Of a DNA stretch of 64,000 nt, positions 50,381 to 59,313 are shown one piece after another. Source of the DNA: an uncultured bacterium (GTDB lineage Bacteria > Hydrothermota > UBA3073 > NMUJ01 > CBEVQO01); NCBI GenBank assembly GCA_965552055.1, contig CBEVQO010000002.1, positions 103,229-167,228 of the forward strand, written 5' to 3'. The notes beneath the pieces are model-generated. The model had not been told where the DNA came from and made no database searches. It saw only the letters and a list, made by a program, of their open reading frames with translations. The position numbers and the translations under genes are program-made. Position 1 is the stretch's first letter, and the number at the start of each line of letters is the position of its first letter.

Positions 50381-50635
50381 TCAAAGTAATTTCTTCTTTT
50401 CCTTAATTAATTCCTTAACTCGCTCAAATGCTTCTTTTTCGTTATAAACTTTGCCCTTCTTTAAGCCTTCTAAGGCAATCTCAATTCCAGCCTGTTCGTC
50501 AAGATAATACTTAATAGCACGCCTTATTATATCTCCTCTGCTCCTCTCCAGCTCCTCGGCTACTTCGTCAATTAATCCCAAATATTCCTCGGGTATCTTA
50601 AAAGATACCGTCACCATCTTACCCTCTTTGCGCAT
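50381..50635 (-). CDS. CopG/ribbon-helix-helix protein
   Basis: VSFKIPEE...IDEVA...SRGDIIRRAI. Confidence 0.8.
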   Translation of the reverse strand: MRKEGKMVTVSFKIPEEYLGLIDEVAEELERSRGDIIRRAIKYYLDEQAGIEIALEGLKKGKVYNEKEAFERVKELIKEKKKLL

Positions 50636-51788
50636 AACACCCTCCTTGTAATACTTTACAGGGATTTATTTTCATACTCCTTATTTTCACAATTTTACCA
50701 GAATTCAGATAAACTTTGGGAACCCTGCGGGTAAAACCAGTGGTTATCTCATAGTTAATGGTTTCTGCATGAGAAGCAACTTCTTCTACAGGTATTTTCT
50801 TTCCATTATATTCTCCTATCAAAATAGCAACATCCCCCTCTTTAACCTTAATATTTGTAACATCAACCATGAACAAATCCATACAAACTCTACCAACTAT
50901 TTTCGCATATTCACCATTTATTATAACTCTGCCACGATTGGATAAAAGACGGGGATAACCATCACCATACCCAGCAGATACAACAGCTATACGCATATCA
51001 TGGGAAGCAAAAAATGTCCTTCCATAACTAACACTTTCACCCTTCTTTAAATCTTTAACCTGAGAAATTTTAGCCTTGAAACTTAAAACAGGTTTCACAG
51101 AAATTTTTTCTTTTAACCTATCATCAGGATATAAGCCATAAAGCAAAATACCGGGACGAACGGCATTAAAATAAGACTCTCCTTTCGTCAAAATAGCAGA
51201 ACTATTCGCACAATGAATAAAAGGAATGTCCAAATCAACAAAATTTAAAATTTCATTAAAGCGCCGTAATTGAGTATTTACAAAGCCATCTTCTACCTCG
51301 GCATCTGCAAAATGAGTGCAAATACCTTCAATAAATATCCTCTTAAATTTTTTGATTTCTTTCCAGAATTTATCAAACTCATAATATGGAACACCAAGGC
51401 GATGCATACCGGTATCAACCTTTATATGAACCTTGGCACATTTGCCCTGACTCTCTGCTTCTTTCTCTAATCTATCAATGAAAGAAAGATTATAAGCAAC
51501 AGTTGAAAAATCATTCTCTATTATCTCTTTTGCAAAATCCCTTTCTTCTGTCATTAATAAAACCTTCTTTGCAATATCTTTAATTTCGATGGCTTCTTCA
51601 ATCGTTGCCACAGCAAAAAATCTGCAACCACATTCCGTAAGCGCTGATACACACTCAGGAGCTCCATGACCATAGGCATCAGCTTTTACAACTGCTATTA
51701 TCTCCCTATCACCCACTCTCTCCTTTATCTTTTGATAATTATAACATAAAAAATCCAAATTTATTTCAAGCCAGTTGCGAAATCTCAT
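50619..51788 (-). CDS. alr: Alanine racemase
   Basis: AVVKADAYGHG, KVDTGMHRLG, GYGDGYPR, GRVCMD. Confidence 0.97.
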   Translation of the reverse strand: MRFRNWLEINLDFLCYNYQKIKERVGDREIIAVVKADAYGHGAPECVSALTECGCRFFAVATIEEAIEIKDIAKKVLLMTEERDFAKEIIENDFSTVAYNLSFIDRLEKEAESQGKCAKVHIKVDTGMHRLGVPYYEFDKFWKEIKKFKRIFIEGICTHFADAEVEDGFVNTQLRRFNEILNFVDLDIPFIHCANSSAILTKGESYFNAVRPGILLYGLYPDDRLKEKISVKPVLSFKAKISQVKDLKKGESVSYGRTFFASHDMRIAVVSAGYGDGYPRLLSNRGRVIINGEYAKIVGRVCMDLFMVDVTNIKVKEGDVAILIGEYNGKKIPVEEVASHAETINYEITTGFTRRVPKVYLNSGKIVKIRSMKINPCKVLQGGCYAQRG

Positions 51789-51879
51789 CTTTTATTATAA
51801 TCTTGCTACAAAAAAGTCAAGATAAACTTCGGAAATTTCTTTTGAAAAATTTGAAAAATTCACCTTTAGAAATGGGTCA

Positions 51880-51920
51880 CGGAGGGCAAGCCCTCCGAAA
51901 AAATCTCTGGGTGGGCGGGA
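51880..51920 (+). other. GC-rich palindrome followed by a G-rich tract, between divergent promoters
   Basis: CGGAGGGC-AA-GCCCTCCG 51880-51897; GGGTGGGCGGGA 51909-51920. Confidence 0.6.
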
Positions 51921-51968
51921 TAAACAAAATAAAACCTTGACAAAATCATATGGGGAATAAAAATTAAT

Positions 51969-53465
51969 GTGCGACTATCTTTGAGAAATAAATTGATACT
52001 CTTTACAGGAAGCTTGGTTGCAGTAGTTTTCTTTATAACAAGTATCATTGCGATAAAAAGGGAAACCAGAATAATAAAAGATAGATTGATAGAAAGAGGC
52101 AAAGCTATGTGTCAAACCATTTCTTTATCGAATCTCGATGCCTTCATTTATAAAGATATCGCTTCGATGATGAAATTACAGGATGCAGTTTCTGCACTCA
52201 AAAATCAACCAGATGTTATTTATGCAATGGTCATAGATACTACTTTTTCGGTGCTCGCACATACATCAGCTTCAATGATAGGTAAACAAAGTCCTGTCCT
52301 TCAGGGCAAATTACTATGTCAGGGAGAAAATTTCCAGGTGCTCGAAAGTAAAATAAAAAATGAAAAAAGTTTTATAATCACTATGGATATCGTAAACCCG
52401 GATTACGGAGATAGATATGGAAAAGTGATAGTTGCTCTTTCTCAAAAAAGATTATTAAAAGAAGTTGCAAAACTTCGAAACAAAATTTTTTCTTTAAGTA
52501 TAATAGCAATCGGTGGGACAATTTTTGTATTAATAGTGCTGGCACAATTCATAACAAGACCATTAACGGAACTGCGAAAAGGAATAACAGACCTAGCAAA
52601 AGGTAATCTCAATGTAAAAATAAAGGTAAATTCAAAAGACGAACTCGGAGAACTCGCCGAATGGTTTAACAAAATGGTAACCGATTTAAAACAACATATT
52701 GAATTTGAAATAAAAGCAAAAAGAGAAGAAGAAAGAATAAAAAGAGAGTTAGATATGGCAAGGATGATTCAAAGAAACCTTTTACCCAAAATACTTCCAA
52801 CATTACCCGGCTTCAAAATAGCACAAAAATATTTGCCAGCATACGAAGTTAGTGGAGATTATTTCGATTTCATACCCGTAAATAAAGATTGCCTCGGAAT
52901 AATAATAGCTGATATAATGGGAAAAGGGGTACCAGCTGGTCTTGTTATGACAGAAGTGCGCTCCGCAATACATGTATTCGCAAAAGGTGAAACTTCTCCC
53001 TTGAAAGTGCTATCAATGCTTAACTCATACATACTGCCGGGAATAACTCAGCCACTATTTGTAACAATGTTTTATTGCATACTCAATTCAAAAGAAAATA
53101 TGATAAAATATGTGTCGGCAGGTCATCCGCCACCCGTTGTAGTATCAAACAAAGGTATAAAATTGCTAGAAACAAGAGGAATACCAGTAGGAGTGCTGGG
53201 AGATGAATTCCAGGAAATGGTAGAAGAAAAAGAAGAAAAAATAGAGAAAGGAGATTTAATAGTGCTTTATACAGATGGAATTACAGAAGCTCGAAATAAC
53301 TCAAATGAACTCTTTGGCAGAGAAAGATTAATCGAAATACTCAAGAAAAATTATGAAGAAAATCCCGAAAAAATAGTTGACATAATCACAAATTCAATAA
53401 ATAAATGGATGGGCGGAAAGCATCAATCTGATGATATTGCTCTGGTGGTGATAAAAAAGGAATGA
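51969..53465 (+). CDS. Membrane sensor with HAMP and SpoIIE/PP2C phosphatase domains
   Basis: VSGDYFD, IADIMGKG, SAGHP, YTDGITE, DDIAL. Confidence 0.93.
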   Translation: MRLSLRNKLILFTGSLVAVVFFITSIIAIKRETRIIKDRLIERGKAMCQTISLSNLDAFIYKDIASMMKLQDAVSALKNQPDVIYAMVIDTTFSVLAHTSASMIGKQSPVLQGKLLCQGENFQVLESKIKNEKSFIITMDIVNPDYGDRYGKVIVALSQKRLLKEVAKLRNKIFSLSIIAIGGTIFVLIVLAQFITRPLTELRKGITDLAKGNLNVKIKVNSKDELGELAEWFNKMVTDLKQHIEFEIKAKREEERIKRELDMARMIQRNLLPKILPTLPGFKIAQKYLPAYEVSGDYFDFIPVNKDCLGIIIADIMGKGVPAGLVMTEVRSAIHVFAKGETSPLKVLSMLNSYILPGITQPLFVTMFYCILNSKENMIKYVSAGHPPPVVVSNKGIKLLETRGIPVGVLGDEFQEMVEEKEEKIEKGDLIVLYTDGITEARNNSNELFGRERLIEILKKNYEENPEKIVDIITNSINKWMGGKHQSDDIALVVIKKE

Positions 53466-53995
53466 ACGAAATAATTTACATATTCTTAATAGCACAGGTA
53501 GTAAGAGCACCTGCAAAAGTACAACTATCGGTATTCTCCAGAATATTGCCATTCGAACAAAATCTCGGTAAAAGAACAGAAAATGATACATTAACAATCT
53601 GGCTAATTTACTCAAAAGATGTTAAAGAATCCGTAAAAATGAAAGAAGATTTTTTAAATGCTTTTCATTCGTTGAAAAATAAGGCAATAGGCGGATATCC
53701 ATTAAAATGCAGTGAAATCGAGATAAACGATAAAGCCACATTAAACAATATGAAGAAAGGAATAGCTTACATCACCGCAATAGGAATAGATAATCTGAAT
53801 AAAATATTGAAAATAGCAGAGCAAAATAAAATCTTCACCATAACGGGTGAACCGGGATATGTGGAAAAGGGTGTGGCAATGAGCGTGGTACTGGTTTACA
53901 AAAGACCACAGGTATGCCTGAATCTTATGGCTTGTCAAACGGCTGGTGCTAAATTCAATCCTCAAATAATGCAATTTATAAAAACAATAAAATGA
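53462..53995 (+). CDS. YfiR/DUF4154-like periplasmic protein
   Basis: FTITG...VEKGVAMSV...LNL.A...AGAKF...I. Confidence 0.7.
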   Translation: MNEIIYIFLIAQVVRAPAKVQLSVFSRILPFEQNLGKRTENDTLTIWLIYSKDVKESVKMKEDFLNAFHSLKNKAIGGYPLKCSEIEINDKATLNNMKKGIAYITAIGIDNLNKILKIAEQNKIFTITGEPGYVEKGVAMSVVLVYKRPQVCLNLMACQTAGAKFNPQIMQFIKTIK

Positions 53996-55086
53996 TTTTA
54001 GCATTTATCTTAAGTGCTACAGTTGCAGGAATAGTGGGAGAAAAAGGAACAGGCATTCTATTATCCAATGCATCGATTTATATAAACAATAAACTTGTGG
54101 CAAAAAGCGATATAAATGGATTTTTCACATTAACACAGATAGACACAGGCGAATATATCTTCACTGTTAAATTAAAAGGTTACAAAGAATTCAGCCAGAA
54201 AATAAAAATTAAAGAAGGCATGAATAACATCGTTATCCCACTGGAAAAAATCAAAACAAAATTACCCTATCGGCTTAAAAGAGTCGCAATCATTATCTCT
54301 AAAAAAATAAAGGCATATGAAGAAATGAAAAAGGGATTCGAATCAACCTGTGCAGGAGAATTCGATGAATTTACATTGCAAAATGGAAAAATACCAAAAT
54401 TTAATCCCGAAAAATACGATTTATTATGCGCAATAGGAACGGATGCTGTGAATGCAATTAAAAAATATGAAAAACCAAAAATATTTATAGGGGTGCTAAA
54501 TCCTTCAAATGAACTGAAAAAATATAAATTCACAGGAGTAAGTATAAACATAGATTATGGCGAAATAATAAGAGCAACGAAAAATCTATTGCCTTACATG
54601 AAAAAAGTATGCATAATTTACAAAGATATAAATCCTGATTTGATAAAAGAAATCAAAAATGCAAAAGACATTGTGGGTTTTGAGTTGGTTGAATACAAAG
54701 TAAAAGACCTGAAAGAAGCAAAGAAAATTCTTAACAGAATAAATGATATTGATGTTTATGTAATGATGCCCGATGAGTTGAATTTATCTTCAAAATATTT
54801 TGATTATCTTTTAAAAAAGAGTTATGAAAAAGGTTTTCACATAGTTGGTTTATCTGAGAAATTCGTTGCGAAGGGTGGGAGCTTTTGTCTGTGGGTCGAT
54901 ATGGAAGATATGGGAAGACAGGCTGGAGAACTTGCAAATGAAATCTTACTGGCAGAAACAAAACCAGAAGAATTGCCATTTGAAAAAGTAAGAAAAACCA
55001 AATTGATAATAAATTTAAAAACATTCAAAAAATTAAACACAAAAATCCCGGAAATCTTTATTAAGAAAGCATACAAAATTTATTGA
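53992..55086 (+). CDS. Carboxypeptidase-regulatory-like domain fused to an ABC_sub_bind-type ligand-binding domain
   Basis: SDINGFF...GEY...GY; AIGTDA, TGVS, MGRQAG, LIINLK. Confidence 0.75.
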   Translation: MILAFILSATVAGIVGEKGTGILLSNASIYINNKLVAKSDINGFFTLTQIDTGEYIFTVKLKGYKEFSQKIKIKEGMNNIVIPLEKIKTKLPYRLKRVAIIISKKIKAYEEMKKGFESTCAGEFDEFTLQNGKIPKFNPEKYDLLCAIGTDAVNAIKKYEKPKIFIGVLNPSNELKKYKFTGVSINIDYGEIIRATKNLLPYMKKVCIIYKDINPDLIKEIKNAKDIVGFELVEYKVKDLKEAKKILNRINDIDVYVMMPDELNLSSKYFDYLLKKSYEKGFHIVGLSEKFVAKGGSFCLWVDMEDMGRQAGELANEILLAETKPEELPFEKVRKTKLIINLKTFKKLNTKIPEIFIKKAYKIY

Positions 55087-55896
55087 TTATTCAAAAATTA
55101 TCCTGTTTTTATAATTTTTGACATCAACAGAATCTATGGGTGTAAATTTCTTAATAAAAGCACAAACAGCATTTGTGTAAAATCTTCTGGTATCAAACTT
55201 CTTTTCGTCAGGCATCTTTTCTATTGCAATGAAATCATCTCCACCGATAAATGCAATATAATCGTTTATAAGGATATTGTAGGAAGAGTCAGGATGAACT
55301 AATTTACCATTTATCTTTATGGAATCTATCCTTTCTCCTTCTCTTATTATTTCAAAACCTGTTGGGTCGATTTCTTGAGCAGGCTTCAATGTATCGATGA
55401 AGACCTGAACATTATATGATACCTGTAAAAAACCACCTTTACCGATACACGCTGCACTACGCTCAAATATGCTCTTTAACTCACTACCACTTACATTGCG
55501 TAATAAAACTATGCGATTGCTGAAAGGCAAAACTCCTTTAACAAAGGAGTCGGTTATCGGAAAGTTCTCCGTGCGAACAGTACCAGGTGGCAGATAGTCG
55601 TGTAACCTTATTCCACCTGAGTTTTGTAATGCACAATCTATCCTCAAAGTATCTTTAAAAATGCTATCATTTGCATACCATAATACAGCATCACATATAA
55701 TATCACCCAATAAATTTTCACCTCGTCGGAGTACCTCTCGCCTGCCATCTAACATTGTATCAACAACGATGTAGCCAAGAATATCACCTCGGGGAACAAT
55801 TTCACCTGAATACTCAACAACAGGAACAGGTGTCTCCTTACAACATAACACCATTATCAAAAATAATATTATCGAAAGCTTAGAACGCATAACCAA
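55087..55896 (-). CDS. 5'-nucleotidase C-terminal domain lipoprotein
   Basis: RRGENLLGDIICDA, NSGGIR, LPFSN, GFLQVS, GGDDF. Confidence 0.85.
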   Translation of the reverse strand: MVMRSKLSIILFLIMVLCCKETPVPVVEYSGEIVPRGDILGYIVVDTMLDGRREVLRRGENLLGDIICDAVLWYANDSIFKDTLRIDCALQNSGGIRLHDYLPPGTVRTENFPITDSFVKGVLPFSNRIVLLRNVSGSELKSIFERSAACIGKGGFLQVSYNVQVFIDTLKPAQEIDPTGFEIIREGERIDSIKINGKLVHPDSSYNILINDYIAFIGGDDFIAIEKMPDEKKFDTRRFYTNAVCAFIKKFTPIDSVDVKNYKNRIIFE

Positions 55897-57895
55897 CCCT
55901 TATCAGGAACATACTACCGGGTTGAATTAATCCTTTTTTGCCGAATACATCGATGTTTGATGTCTCAACAGGGTCAGAATATTTCCGCATAATCTGTAAG
56001 TTTATCATACTTATTTTTAAGAATAAATTGTTCATGGAATGCAGGAAAGCGATACCTGTTTCCAGATAAGGAGGGATGCTTGCAGTATGCAGACGCTCAA
56101 GCTCCATCCTCCTGTTGGAAGTAAGGGTATCAAGGTAGTTACCATAATTTATCGTCCACCTTATAATTGTTCTTTTTCTTATGCGAAAATCAATCCCTGC
56201 ATTTATTCTCAAACGAGGTATATTACGCAACCAGGTGCCATCCCATGCTTTTATCGCATAAAGATAGGGCTCACCAAGTTCCCTATTCCAGTAGAAGACA
56301 GAATTAAACAACGAAAGGTTTAAAAATAAACCTGTATTAAAAAGCATACCCCTGAGCTCAAAAGCACCTCCATAAGATTTAACATCTCCTATATTTTTGT
56401 AATAGCCAAGCTGACCGCCACCATGAGGGTCAAAAGCCCTTATACAGCCAGACAATTCGCTGTAAAATCCGTTAACCCTTATTTTTAACTTTAAAAGACG
56501 ATAGGTTATTGAAGCCTCATAAGTCCTTATCAATTCAGGTGATAATGTGCTGTCACCCCATATTGCATCCACACCAGTATTACTCCTGTCATAAAGTTCT
56601 TTAAAGGTAGGAGCCCTGAATGCCTGTCCAAACAGCAATTTAATTGAAAGTGGCTTAACAGGAGTAAAAACAAGACCAACACGGGGATTTATCGGTGATT
56701 TTTCGACATCACTGTATTTGTCAAATCTAAAACCAAGAGTCAATCTCATTAGATGTGTTCTGTAACATTTTTGCAGATAAAAAGCAAATACTTTGCGCGA
56801 ACGACCCGATTGAGGAAAAGTAAGACTATCCCAATTGCCAAATTCCCCCATATATTTATCACCTATAATACAATAATTGCGAAGAATTTTAAATTCAGGT
56901 AGCGATAAATACTCAAATTGCACACCAAGAAGCACATCCAATTTATCAGATATGCGATAAAATAGACGCTCCTCAATGCCTCCTGAAATCTCCTTATATT
57001 TTTCATGAGTAAATTTGCCATCAGCAAATGTATCCCTGCTCAAAGGACTTATATAGCCCGAAGGAACTTCCTGCCATAATAAATCCCTTCCCATAAAATC
57101 AAAATATATACGGGTAAGTGAATGAATATCCTCAAAATCTTTGATAAATTGTAAATCGCACAGTAAATTACCGAATTTTAAACGAGAATCTGGTGCACAA
57201 ACAAAAACAGGACCAACATAAGCACCCCTCTCACGATAATGCGATAAAAACATAAACCTTAAATTTCTACCAGTATAATCAAATTTTGAGAAAATCTCAG
57301 AGAGATTCCTCTTTGTATAAGCCGAATCCTTCTCGATAAATTCTTTAAAACCATCAGAATGCGATAATTTTGTGAACATCCTCATGCCTTTAAATTTAGC
57401 CTTTATAAGATTTTCAACCGTATAATTGTTTCCTCCACTTATTGCGAAAGTATTTTTATAAAGTGTATCTGTGATTATATTAATTACTCCGCATAAAGCA
57501 TCTGTGCCAAAAATTGCAGAACCAGGACCCCTTATCACCTCTATTCTCTCAATAAATTCAACGGGCAAATCAAAAATAGCTCCCCCTGTGTAAAAGTCAT
57601 TAACTCTGTGACCATCGATAAGAAGCAGTATCTCGCCAGGTGTGCGCTGACCACGCAGAGCAACACGCCATTCACCATCACTACCCATGCTAACCTCAAT
57701 ATCCGGAATGGTTTTCAAAACATCTATCAGGGTATAACAGGGCAAACGCAAAATGTCTTCTTTACGCAATACCGTTATCACTGCAGGCGCTTCCTCTATG
57801 GGCTCGGGCTTCAAAGTGGGAGACACTACCTTTAACTCTTCCTGAGTAAATAACTCAAGCTCACTGATAGCAAGAAATACAAATACAAGCATCAT
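55880..57895 (-). CDS. TonB-dependent receptor
   Basis: Plug LLLIDG, IERIEVIRGPGSAIFG, GVINIIT; FRAPT; terminal YAF. Confidence 0.92.
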   Translation of the reverse strand: MMLVFVFLAISELELFTQEELKVVSPTLKPEPIEEAPAVITVLRKEDILRLPCYTLIDVLKTIPDIEVSMGSDGEWRVALRGQRTPGEILLLIDGHRVNDFYTGGAIFDLPVEFIERIEVIRGPGSAIFGTDALCGVINIITDTLYKNTFAISGGNNYTVENLIKAKFKGMRMFTKLSHSDGFKEFIEKDSAYTKRNLSEIFSKFDYTGRNLRFMFLSHYRERGAYVGPVFVCAPDSRLKFGNLLCDLQFIKDFEDIHSLTRIYFDFMGRDLLWQEVPSGYISPLSRDTFADGKFTHEKYKEISGGIEERLFYRISDKLDVLLGVQFEYLSLPEFKILRNYCIIGDKYMGEFGNWDSLTFPQSGRSRKVFAFYLQKCYRTHLMRLTLGFRFDKYSDVEKSPINPRVGLVFTPVKPLSIKLLFGQAFRAPTFKELYDRSNTGVDAIWGDSTLSPELIRTYEASITYRLLKLKIRVNGFYSELSGCIRAFDPHGGGQLGYYKNIGDVKSYGGAFELRGMLFNTGLFLNLSLFNSVFYWNRELGEPYLYAIKAWDGTWLRNIPRLRINAGIDFRIRKRTIIRWTINYGNYLDTLTSNRRMELERLHTASIPPYLETGIAFLHSMNNLFLKISMINLQIMRKYSDPVETSNIDVFGKKGLIQPGSMFLIRVGYAF

Positions 57896-57974
57896 AAAAA
57901 AATAATCATCATCTCAAATTGTCAATAGAAAATTTTTATCCTTGACAAATCAAAAATATAGTTAAAATAAAAGG

Positions 57975-59273
57975 ATGATTTTAATAGTGCTTTCCATACA
58001 ATTATGGTATGGGACTTATCTCGGTAACACCAAAATAGGTTATCTGATGCAGGACATCGAAGATGTTGATACTGCCATAATTTACAAAGAATTTTCTTTC
58101 ATGAAATTAAAAATGATGGGAACGGAAAGAATTTTAACTGCCATTGGAGATTATATCTTGCAAAAAGATTACAAAATTAAAAAGTTAAACTTTAAATTGA
58201 AATCTCTTTCTCAGGAATTAAACATTGACGGTATTTGCAAAAGGGATACTTTGTTTTTAAAAATCTTAACCGGTGGAACTTACAGGGAAAAGAAAATACC
58301 AGCAAAAGGCGGAATTTATTTACCCCATTTGATTTATACAATAGCGGTTAAAAGAAGGCAACCTGTAAAATTAAAATGCATTGACCTGACGATAATGGGA
58401 ATTGACTGGGCTGAAGCAAGAATTGAGAAAAATCTGGGAGATAATACTCTTGTATGGGCTCATTTTCTTAATGCCGAATCAAAGGCTCTTATCGATAAAG
58501 ATGGATTTGTGATAAAAGAATGGGCTCCGATGAACATCGTAAATGTAAGGGAAGAAAAAGAAAAAGCACTAAAAGTTGAAGGCGCACCACCAGAAGTTTT
58601 AACATATTACGCAATAAAACCTCAAAAGAAAATTTTAAATCCAAGAAAAGTTAAATATTTGAAACTAAAGGTAAAAGGAGATTTCTTAAATACTGATAGA
58701 CAAAAAGTAAAATGGTCTCTCTTTGGAAGAATACTGGAAGTAAGAGCAATAGAACCGGAAAGGGAAAATATAGGAAGGATACCCGATACTCTTCTGAAAT
58801 ACTTAAAACCTACGGAATTTGTGCAATGTGATGCACCTGAAATTAAACAGAAAGCATTAGAAATAATAAAAGGCGCAAAAACTGATTGGGAAAAAGTAAA
58901 GAAAATATTGCACTGGGTTGATAAAAATGTAAAAGATGTTCCTTCGGTTACAATGCCTTCGGCAATCGAAGTATTAAAAAGTTTAAAGGGGGATTGCAAT
59001 GAGCATGCGGTTTTATTCTGTGCACTCGCAAGAGCAGCAGGCATTCCTGCCGAAATAGTCGTAGGAATAGTTTACATAAATGACGGCTTCTATTATCATG
59101 CATGGAATAAAGTATGGCTCGGTAAATGGATTGAAGTTGACCCAACTTTTGGACAGGAGATTGCAGATGCAACACATCTCGCATTACAGGAAGGGGGGAT
59201 GGAAAATCAGGCAAAAATAATGGGAATCGTCGGCAAAATAAAAATAAAAGTAATAAAATATGAATATCAATAA
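57975..59273 (+). CDS. Transglutaminase-like domain protein
   Basis: GDCNEHA, RAAGIPA, YHAW, W..VDPT. Confidence 0.9.
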   Translation: MILIVLSIQLWYGTYLGNTKIGYLMQDIEDVDTAIIYKEFSFMKLKMMGTERILTAIGDYILQKDYKIKKLNFKLKSLSQELNIDGICKRDTLFLKILTGGTYREKKIPAKGGIYLPHLIYTIAVKRRQPVKLKCIDLTIMGIDWAEARIEKNLGDNTLVWAHFLNAESKALIDKDGFVIKEWAPMNIVNVREEKEKALKVEGAPPEVLTYYAIKPQKKILNPRKVKYLKLKVKGDFLNTDRQKVKWSLFGRILEVRAIEPERENIGRIPDTLLKYLKPTEFVQCDAPEIKQKALEIIKGAKTDWEKVKKILHWVDKNVKDVPSVTMPSAIEVLKSLKGDCNEHAVLFCALARAAGIPAEIVVGIVYINDGFYYHAWNKVWLGKWIEVDPTFGQEIADATHLALQEGGMENQAKIMGIVGKIKIKVIKYEYQ

Positions 59274-59313
59274 AAGCTTGACATCCACAGAATTTGATTC
59301 AAATATAAATGAG

